Source of the DNA: Octopus bimaculoides
Taxonomy: Eukaryota
Length of the DNA stretch: 49,610 nt
Reading direction: 5' to 3'
Assembly (NCBI RefSeq): GCF_001194135.2
Contig: NC_068984.1
Coordinates: forward strand, 79,043,074-79,092,683
Under the pieces are notes generated by a model. The model made no database searches, was not told the origin of the DNA, and saw only the letters and a program-made list of their open reading frames with translations. Below are positions 40,430 to 49,610 of this stretch, piece by piece. A program made the position numbers and the translations under genes. Positions within the stretch are counted from its first letter, which is position 1. Every line of letters starts with the position of its first letter.

Positions 40430-41579
40430 GAGGGGGAGGAAGAGAAAGAGAGAGAGAGAGAGACCGATAGAATGGTACAGCCCACCATAGAAGAGAGAAA
40501 CAGAGCAAAACAGGCAGACGACAGACAGAGAGGCGGGTTGGTTGACAGACAGGCAGGCAGAACTGTACACCTCACCACAGAGTGACAAGAAGTAACAGAC
40601 AGTCGGAATGGTAAATTCCACTTCAAAGAGAGAAGGAAAGCCTTTTGGCGGGAACTATCTTAGAGGAATAGGGGCCGAAACCGGACGTGGTTCCTCCTGA
40701 TGATGTCTTGAGCTAACTGGATCCTAATCCACCAAGGGAAGGTATGTCAGAAGAAAGTAATTCAACAACGCGGGTTGATGAACCGTAAGACGTGTGGCCA
40801 GAACCTCCTGGAAAATAACCATAGCGAGGGACATTCCACAGTTGAATTAGAACAGTCACAAACAGTGAAAGAAGACATGCACCCAACACCAGAGCTGAAG
40901 ACACNNNNNNNNNNNNNNNNNNNNNNNNNNNNNNNNNNNNNNNNNNNNNNNNNNNNNNNNNNNNNNNNNNNNNNNNNNNNNNNNNNNNNNNNNNNNNNNN
41001 NNNNNNNNNNNNNNNNNNNNNNNNNNNNNNNNNNNNNNNNNNNNNNNNNNNNNNNNNNNNNNNNNNNNNNNNNNNNNNNNNNNNNNNNNNNNNNNNNNNN
41101 NNNNNNNNNNNNNNNNNNNNNNNNNNNNNNNNNNNNNNNNNNNNNNNNNNNNNNNNNNNNNNNNNNNNNNNNNNNNNNNNNNNNNNNNNNNNNNNNNNNN
41201 NNNNNNNNNNNNNNNNNNNNNNNNNNNNNNNNNNNNNNNNNNNNNNNNNNNNNNNNNNNNNNNNNNNNNNNNNNNNNNNNNNNNNNNNNNNNNNNNNNNN
41301 NNNNNNNNNNNNNNNNNNNNNNNNNNNNNNNNNNNNNNNNNNNNNNNNNNNNNNNNNNNNNNNNNNNNNNNNNNNNNNNNNNNNNNNNNNNNNNNNNNNN
41401 NNNNNNNNNNNNNNNNNNNNNNNNNNNNNNNNNNNNNNNNNNNNNNNNNNNNNNNNNNNNNNNNNNNNNNNNNNNNNNNNNNNNNNNNNNNNNNNNNNNN
41501 NNNNNNNNNNNNNNNNNNCTACGGAAAAGACCACGGTCACCTCAGGCTTTTTTTTTTAAGGTACATGAAAGTAAGTACC

Positions 41580-41735
41580 TTCTCTCTTTTTGTTACAAGT
41601 CTATGCTTAAAATGGTGTCGTCTTTCATTCTTACCATTCTTGCTACATTTACCCATTTTTTATTGAAACTTTCATTCGACAACACCTTCCTCTCTATCCT
41701 CATCCTCCTTTTCAAGTGGTACTTGAAAAAGTTGA
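41580..41735 (-). mobile_element. 3' end of a Tx1/L1-like ORF2
   Basis: FFKYHLKRRMRIERKVLSNESFNKKWV..: basic, Trp-containing C-terminus typical of Tx1-like ORF2, recognised by pattern only. Confidence 0.5.
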
Positions 41736-41739
41736 GATG

Positions 41740-41804
<65 letters not shown>

Positions 41805-41819
41805 ATAGATGTACTCGTA

Positions 41820-42220
41820 TGCGCAGGAGTGGCTGTGTGGTAAATAGCTTGCTTAGCAACTACATTGTTCCGGGTTTAGTCCTCCTGAGTAGCACCTTGG
41901 GCAAGTGTCTCCTACTATAGCCTCGGGCTATAGTAGAAGCCTTGTGAGTGGATTTGGTAGACGGAAACTGAAAGTAGCCCGTCGTATATATGTATATGTA
42001 TATATATGTGTGTGTGTTTGTGTGTCTGTGTTTGTCACCCCAACATCGCTTGACAACCGATGCTGGTGTGTTTACGTCCCCGTTAGTTAGCGGTTCCGCA
42101 AAAGAGACCGATAGAATAAGTACTAGGCTTACAAAGAATAAGTCTTGGGATCGATTTGCTCGACTAAAGGCGGTGCTCCAGCATGGCCGCAGTCAAATGA
42201 CTGAAACAAGTAAAAAAAGA
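41820..42220 (+). mobile_element. Full-length CORE-type SINE
   Basis: tRNA-like head gcgcaggagtggctgtgtggtaa, CORE-like caccttgggcaagtgtct, internal TA/TG tract, tail ..gactgaaacaagtaaaa. Confidence 0.88.
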
Positions 42221-42690
42221 AATAAAATAAAAATCATTGTTGTAGTCACTCATTAGCTCACCTTAAAAATAATTGTTGTTGCTGCTTACTAATCAGACCA
42301 ATGATTAAGGGTATTCCATCCATGGCCTTCCCGTTTTTTTTTTGTTTCGAGTATGTAAAGAACCCAAAGTTACATAATTTAACGCGTCTTTATTTTTTTT
42401 TATTTTTGGCTTTTTGTCAAGACAGCCAAGTGTGATTTGAGGAAAATTTTCTGCTATTTCAAACTTGTTGAACAACAACATAGAAGTTCCTTTTATTGCT
42501 GTTCTCTAAACAGTGAAGGCTCCTGCTGAGCTTAATCCAATCCCTATTAAGACCGATAATTCGGTCCCCGTTATAATAGTTCGGGTATTTACAACTCAGA
42601 GGGCTCTTACACGCCTCATAATCCCCATCTCGTACAGAAAGTTATTTATGAGCCGGCGAGGGAGACTCGATATTGTAGCCCGCTTTGGGA

Positions 42691-43330
42691 GAAATACTAG
42701 CTAAATCCCGCCTCAAATCCTAATCTCTACTTTCAAAATCCGACTACAAACAGTAGCTAAGCCTCCCTCAATTCACACACTCTATCTTCAACCTTCAACG
42801 TTATACACTCATCGACATAATAAAAATTGCAGCTAAACTTACCTCAGTTCACATACTCTATTTTCTACTTTCAACATTATGCTCACATAAGGCGGTGAAC
42901 AGGTAGAATCTTAAGCACGCCGGGCAAAAATGCTTAACGGTATTTCATCCGTCTTTACGTTCTGAGTTCAAATTCCGCCGGGGTCGACTTTGCCTTTCAT
43001 CCTTCCGAGGTCGACAAAATTAGTACCAGTTGAGCACTGGAGAATCGATGTAATTGACTTACCCCTGCCCTCCTAACTAGCTGGCCGTGTGCCAAAATTT
43101 AAAACCAGTATTTTATGCACATATCGAAATGGTAAAAACTAGCCGAATCTCGTTCAAATCACATTCTCTACTTTAAGCGTTACACACTAATCGACCGGGT
43201 AAAAACAGGAGCCTAATTTCCCTCAACTCGCATACGAGTACATCTATCTTTAATCTTACGTGATCGTTCTACTTGCTAGAAATCTAGAAATAGCAGCCAA
43301 ATCTCCCTCACATAACACCCTAACATCTTA
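42691..43330 (+). repeat. Degenerate tandem array (six ~55-85-bp units) interrupted by a SINE at 42889-43110
   Basis: Recurring core AATAGCAGCCAAATCTCCCTCAAATCACAC at ~42691, 42748, 42822, 43134, 43201 and 43287. Confidence 0.65.
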
Positions 43331-43704
43331 AAAACGAGAAGAAACTCTGGATAATATAGACACGGATGTATATAAGCCGCGAAAAAAAGTGAGAGGAGGG
43401 GGTGTAATTAGGGCCGTTTTAGCATCATTATAAAACCCCAAGCAAAACAAAACAGCTAAGAACCTTAAATACACAACAACAGTATATATCGATTATCATT
43501 GGGCACCTAAACCCCTGGTGTAACTTCCCAGGGTATTCAAGCCTTAGAACATCACTAGGGTTCATATTATTAGTGAGTTCACTCAGAGCTAAACAAAGGT
43601 TAAAGAGGGAGAACATCGACAGGCAATACCACCATCACCACCATTACCACCTCCACCACCAATGACAACAACAGCAAAAACAATGACAACAATGAGAGAC
43701 ACAT

Positions 43705-44460
43705 TAGATAATGTGGTAAGGAGCTTTCTTCCTAACCACGATTCCGGGTTCAGTCCCATTGCGCGGCACCTTGGGAAAGTGTCTCCTCTCCTGCTACAGC
43801 ACCGGGCCGTCCTTGCGAGTGAATTTGGTAGACGAAAACTCAGAGAAAACCGCTGTAACCTCACACACGCACTCACTCAATCACACACACGCACACACGC
43901 GTTCGCGTGCATTCGAGTGGGTGCTAAAAAGTTCCTGGCTTCGGGTAAAAGAAAATATAGGAAAATCAGTTAATTATGTTTCCATTCAACATATTCGCCT
44001 CTCAGATTCACACATTGTTTGCAGCGGTCCTTCAGTTTTTCTAAGCCCTGTAAAAGAACTCGGAAGGTTGGGCCTCCATCCAAACCTTTCGAGATACCTT
44101 TAAAACCAGGAGCTTTTCAGCACTCACTCGTATATATGTTTGAGTGTGAGTGTGTGTGTGTGTATGTGTGTGTGTGTGTGTATGTGTGTGTGTATGCATG
44201 TATGTATGTAAGTATGTTTGTATGTGTATCTAAGTGCGTGTGTGCGTCGTTGTGCTTGCCCCTCGCCTCACCGCTTGACGACCGGTGTTGTTTCGTTTAT
44301 GTCCCTATAACGTAGCGGTTCGGCAAAACAGACCGATAACAATATATACTATGCTTTAAAAATAAGTACTGGATCGATTCGTTTGACAAAAACCTTTCAA
44401 TGTGGTGCTCCAGCATTGGCGAAGTCTAATAACTGAAATGAATAAAAGATAAAATATTAA
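43705..44460 (+). mobile_element. CORE-type SINE carrying a nested MITE in its internal microsatellite
   Basis: Head/core at 43705-43860, tail at 44250-44460, MITE between. Confidence 0.8.
43914..44130. mobile_element. Mariner-type MITE (~217 bp)
   Basis: TIRs CGAGTGGGTGCTAAAAAGTTCCTGGCTT / AAAACCAGGAGCTTTTCAGCACTCACTCG|TA; same family as 48041-48259 in the opposite orientation. Confidence 0.85.
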
Positions 44461-44659
44461 AAAAATAAAAGATAACGGAGAAAATGACTGGATAGTCACG
44501 GCTGGATTGATACGAGTATAGTCCTAGAAATGCAATTTGTAAATAATTGGCGAGATGGTCATGGAACTGGCACGACCTTTCGACGCCCCCTCACTAACAA
44601 CGGAAAATGACAAAGTTGACCTCGGCAGGATTCGAACTTGGAACTAACCAACACCAGTA

Positions 44660-44752
44660 GTATCATCACCATCAACAGCAGCAACATGACTATCATCACC
44701 AGCACCCACATCAACAACACAAGCAACACCATCATTGTCGTCGTCATCATCG

Positions 44753-44804
<52 letters not shown>

Positions 44805-45560
44805 TGTCGTCGTCGTCTTCACTATCAGCAACATCATCATCACCGCCTACAATACTACCCCCACTACAAACAACCGCAGCAAAGGAATCGCCGCCACCAC
44901 CACAACTACCACCGCTACCATCACCACCACCACCACCACCACCNNNNNNNNNNNNNNNNNNNNNNNNNNNNNNNNNNNNNNNNNNNNNNNNNNNNNNNNN
45001 NNNNNNNNNNNNNNNNNNNNNNNNNNNNNNNNNNNNNNNNNNNNNNNNNNNNNNNNNNNNNNNNNNNNNNNNNNNNNNNNNNNNNNNNNNNNNNNNNNNN
45101 NNNNNNNNNNNNNNNNNNNNNNNNNNNNNNNNNNNNNNNNNNNNNNNNNNNNNNNNNNNNNNNNNNNNNNNNNNNNNNNNNNNNNNNNNNNNNNNNNNNN
45201 NNNNNNNNNNNNNNNNNNNNNNNNNNNNNNNNNNNNNNNNNNNNNNNNNNNNNNNNNNNNNNNNNNNNNNNNNNNNNNNNNNNNNNNNNNNNNNNNNNNN
45301 NNNNNNNNNNNNNNNNNNNNNNNNNNNNNNNNNNNNNNNNNNNNNNNNNNNNNNNNNNNNNNNNNNNNNNNNNNNNNNNNNNNNNNNNNNNNNNNNNNNN
45401 NNNNNNNNNNNNNNNNNNNNNNNNGATCTCCACTAACACCACGACTACCACCAGCACTGCCACCACCGCTACCACCACCACCACCACGCTACCACTACCA
45501 CCACCATCGCTCCCAACACCTCCTCCACTACCCATACCATCACCACCACTATGACCACCA
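44660..45560. repeat. Compound (CAT)n/(CAC)n trinucleotide repeats spanning a gap
   Basis: Directly visible. Confidence 0.9.
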
Positions 45561-45699
45561 AACATCCACCACAGTTGCAGCAGCATTGATAGAAACGGGA
45601 TTCGGGTATGCAGGTAGCGTACTCAGGTGAGCTACTCGGATAACAGCCCGTAATGTTATACCTGCCTAAAAGATACAACGTGTTTTTGTTTGGGTTTTC

Positions 45700-46360
45700 A
45701 ATATCTGTGCACTTGTGTGTGTGTGTGTATCCGTGTGTGCGCATGTATGTGTCTGTGTGTGCGCATGCATGTATGTGGTTTGTGCGCGTGCACATGTTTG
45801 TATTTGTGCATGTGCCCATATGCGTGTGTGCATGTGTGTGTGTGTGTGTGTGCGTGTGTGTGCGTGTGTCTGCTTGTGTTTGTGAGTGTGTGTATGCATG
45901 TGTGTGCGTGTGTTTATGTGTTCATGTGTGTGTCCATATGCGTGCGTGTATGTGTGTGTGTGCATGTGTGTGCTTGTGTTTGTGTGTGTGTGTGTGTATG
46001 CATATGTGTGTGCGTGTGTCTATGTGTTCATGTGTGTGCCCATATGCGTGCGTGTATGTGTGTGTGTGCATGTGTGTGCGTATGCATATGTGTGTGTGCT
46101 TGTTTCATGTGACTGTGTGTCTGGATTTACGTTTTGCTTTTTTTATCATGAATGCGTGCGAGCGAAGGTGTAAATGTGTTCTTGCTTCCTTGTATGTGTG
46201 TGTGTGTGTGTATGTGTGTATGTGTGCGCTTTTGTGTGTGTATGTGTGAAAGTAAGTAGGTATTTACTTGTTTGTAAGGTTAGTAGTCATGCGTGTGTGC
46301 ATGTGTGTGCGTGTTTGCTTATGTGTGTGTGAAATAGCGTGTCGTTTGTATGATAGTAAC
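45700..46360. repeat. Cryptic (TG)n block with a ~105-120-bp higher-order unit
   Basis: Marker ccatatgcgtg recurs at ~45815, 45934 and 46040. Confidence 0.8.
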
Positions 46361-46547
46361 GTGTGTATCTCAGAGAGAAGGGGAGAAGGAGAGAGAAAGA
46401 GAGAGAGAGAGAGAGTGAACGTGAGAATAGGGGAAGAATGAGAGAAAGAGACTGACAAACAGAAAGACAATTATACAAGACAGACTGACAGAGAGACAAG
46501 ACAGACAGACATACAGACAGACAGACCAATAGGCAGACAGAATAATC

Positions 46548-47025
46548 TTTTCTACTCTAGCACAAGGCCCGAAATTTTTGAGGACGGGGGGGGGGGCAGT
46601 CGACTAGATCGATCCACAGTACGCAACTGATACTTAATTTATTGACTCCGAAAGGATGAAAGGCAAAGTCGACCTCGGCGAAATTTGAACTCAGAATGTA
46701 ACGGCAGACGAAATACCGCCNNNNNNNNNNAGGCAAAGTCGACCTCAGCGGAATTCGAACTCAGAACGTAAAGACAGACGAAATAGCACTAAGCATTTCG
46801 CCCGGAGTGCTAACGTTTCATATTTCTTTATTGCCCAGAAGGGGGACAAACAAGGAGAGACAGAGGGATTAAGTCGATTACATCGACACCAGTGCGTAAC
46901 TGGTACTTAATTTATCAACCCCGAAAGGATGAAAGGCAAAGTCGACCTCGGCGAAATTTGAACTCAGAATGTAACGGCAGACGAAATACCGCCGTGCTAA
47001 CGTTTCTGCCACCTTGCCGCTTCAG
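46548..47025 (-). mobile_element. SINE (Meta-domain-like family) with a nested headless copy and a gap-associated duplication
   Basis: 13-bp direct repeat GTGCTAACGTTTC at 46807-46819 and 46994-47006 flanks a 174-bp insert. Confidence 0.85.
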
Positions 47026-47065
47026 AGAGAATAATGTTGACAACAGGTAATAGCAGAAATATTAC

Positions 47066-47119
<54 letters not shown>

Positions 47120-47504
47120 CTGTGGTTTCAGTCCCATTTCCTGTCTAATCGACCAGTTAAACACCTGTAATTTAAAAAAAAAAAAATCCCATATATGACC
47201 ATCTCATCGATTTCCTATAAGGAGTAAGAAATCGCGTAGTATAATATGCAAAGAGTTCCCACCACGACCGTGCACGTTTCCCCAAGTCCTTTTTGTTGCT
47301 GTTGTTTTTTTTTTTTTTCAAACGATCGGGTTATGTGATTTGAGACAGAATTGGCTGCTATTTCTAGCATCATACAACCACTTAAAGACTACCTCCTGGT
47401 AGGGGTGACTTGCAGAAATGTTCAATAAACAGTAACGTTCAGATGCTGCTGACGTAGATCTATGAACCAATGACAGCCGCAGCAGCAGCAGCGGCGGCAC
47501 TCTG

Positions 47505-47559
<55 letters not shown>

Positions 47560-48040
47560 CAGCAGCAGCAGCAGCAGCGGCGGCGGTGACGGTGGTTGTG
47601 GTGGTGAGGGAGGTGGCCAGAAGTCACTTGTGTTCGTGTGTAGGAATAAGTATGTATGTACGTATGTATGTATGTATCTATGTATGTATGTATGTATATC
47701 TGTGTGTCCATGTATGTACGTGTGTATATATATGTATGTATATGCATGTTTGTGTGCGCATTTAAGTCAGCGTATATGTATGTGCGTGTGTTTTTGTTGG
47801 TCTCTACATGCGTATTTATGTGTTCATGTATGAATGCATGAGTTTACATATATGTGTACATGTATTGTGTGTGTGTCTCTGTGTGTGTGAGAGTGAGAGA
47901 GAGGGAGAGAGAGAGAGAGAGAGAGAGTGAGTGAGAGAGAGAGAGAGAGAAAGTGCACGCGTCCGCGTCCGTCCGTATCATTGACCACATGTATATCTAT
48001 GGGTATATTTATGTATTTATGTACGCGTGTGTGTTGTGCA

Positions 48041-48259
48041 CGAGGGGATTGCTGAAAAGTTCTTAGCTTTAAAGGTATCGCGAAAGAGCTGCCTGGAGGC
48101 CCGAAGCTTCCGAGTTCTTTTACAGGGCTTAGAAAAACCGAAGGACCCGCTGCAATAAGTGAATGAATCAGGAAGAGGAATATATTGATAAATTAATAAC
48201 TTACTGATCCTCCTGTATTTTCTTTCACCCAGAGCCAGGATCTTTTCATCACACCATCG
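48041..48259. mobile_element. Mariner-type MITE (~219 bp)
   Basis: TIRs CGAGGGGATTGCTGAAAAGTTCTTAGCTT / GAGCCAGGATCTTTTCATCACACCATCG|TA; body is the reverse complement of 43914-44130. Confidence 0.85.
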
Positions 48260-48889
48260 TATACGTGTAAGCGCGTAGATACGCATGTCCAAATATATAT
48301 TTACGCATACATTCATGTATGCGTACATCAAAGGAATTTACATCTTTTTTGCATGCATACATTTATGTAAATCTGCATGTCAGAGCCTTCTTAGCAGCAA
48401 TATATGTCCCCCCGGGGCAAATCAATGCAGTGGGCCCTATAGTATTCATTTATGGCAAGCCTCAATAAAGACACGTAAGAATTGAACCCCTAGACCTGTG
48501 AGGCCTTCCGAGCCGCAACCCAGTGTGCCTGTGTCTTGAGAGGGCACTGATGTATGTATGTATAGTTGTATGTATGTATGTATGTATGTAGCACCGTATG
48601 TTTCTGTATATGTGTGTGTGTGTAGACGCATGAATGAGCTCTATATCCGTAAGTCAGCCGTCGACCAGGTGTGACCAAACTGTCTTATTTGGTTTTATTG
48701 GCATTAGTCTGTCTAATAATATATATTCAATGTGTCTACCGATCAGTCCCACTTCTTCGCGTGCTACATATGTGTGTGAAAGGGTTTCTATACACACACC
48801 ACATAAGTACAAGCTTATATATATATATATATGTGTGTATATATAATGTACTGATCCGTGATAGAGTACTCCACATATATTCTTTTATT

Positions 48890-49440
48890 CTTTTACATGT
48901 TCAAGTAATTGAAAAAATGCGACCATGCTGGGGCACCGCCTTGGAGAATTTTTTTAGTGAAGTGAATCGACCTCAATGCTTTTATTTTTTAAGCCTGGTA
49001 CTTATTCTATCGGTCTGTTTTGCCGGACATCAAAGTTATGGTGACGTAAACACACCAACACCAACCGGTGGTGGAGGACAAACACAGATTCAAACACACA
49101 CATAAGTGCATACATATATACATATATACATATACTACGGGCTTCTTTCAATTTCCGTGGCTATAGTAGAAGACACTTGTCCAAGGTGTCATGCAGTGGG
49201 ACTGAACCCGGAACAACTGCATCTTTTACTTGTTAAAGTCATTAGACTGTGGCCATACTGGGACACCGCTTTGAAGAAGTTATTTAGTCGAATGAATCGA
49301 CCCCAGAATCTATTTTGCTTTAAAAAGCCTCGTACTTATTTTATGGGATACTCTTGCCGACCCGCTAGTTTATAGGGACGTAAATACACTAACGCCGACT
49401 GTCAAGCGATGGTGACGGACACAGATACAAAGACACACAC
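48890..49440 (-). mobile_element. Two tandem partial CORE-type SINEs
   Basis: Tails gaccatgctgg(g)gcaccgcc at ~48920 and ~49250; head remnant agaagacacttgtccaaggtg..actgaacccggaac at ~49170-49215. Confidence 0.75.
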
Positions 49441-49445
49441 ACACA

Positions 49446-49480
<35 letters not shown>

Positions 49481-49576
49481 ATGTGTACGACGGATTTCTT
49501 ATGCATATATATATACTCATGTTATATATACATTTTCAAATGTATGTATGTATTTATGTATGTATGTATGTATGAA

Positions 49577-49610
<34 letters not shown>

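Noticed and set aside
40645-40710. GGCC-GAAA-CCGG-AC and a downstream CTGATGA
   Set aside because: The pieces are in an order and pairing that fit no hammerhead topology; at most a heavily decayed relic.
40713-40904. Minus frame with a hydrophobic stretch (VSSALVLGACLLSLFVTVLIQLW..)
   Set aside because: Antisense of a purine-rich tract, truncated by a gap, with no recognisable family or splice support.
46640-46740. Third SINE unit identical to 46930-46993
   Set aside because: It ends exactly at a 10-N gap and duplicates nearby sequence; most likely a misassembly of the nested SINE.

Overview
Eukaryotic, AT-rich, repeat-saturated sequence with ten N-gaps. The SINE families and microsatellite load point to an octopus (coleoid cephalopod) genome; this is an inference from pattern recognition, not a database hit. 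No host gene can be called with confidence, and most entries in the ORF track are translations of microsatellites or gaps. The window is a layered transposon graveyard. DNA elements: a full-length frameshifted DD34D mariner with TIRs and TA TSDs, a foldback mariner built from two left ends, a maT/DD37D 3' half, several MITEs, two hAT (Buster/Charlie-like) fragments, two Chapaev3-like copies, a non-autonomous Helitron and a Helitron PIF1 fragment. One Chapaev3-like copy is near full length and nested in an R4/Dong retrotransposon. Retroelements: two head-to-tail R4/Dong elements joined by (TAA)n, Tx1/L1-like remnants, a 5'-inverted RTE LINE, Penelope-like elements and many tRNA-derived SINEs. 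Most interesting: hammerhead-ribozyme-like motifs, including a ~135-bp ORF-less module with a hammerhead core on each strand; a headless SINE derivative inserted twice into the head of related SINEs with 13-bp TSDs; and several structurally informative insertions (twin-priming-type inversion, foldback mariner, microsatellite born from Val codons). A few unique-sequence islands look exon-like but are unproven.
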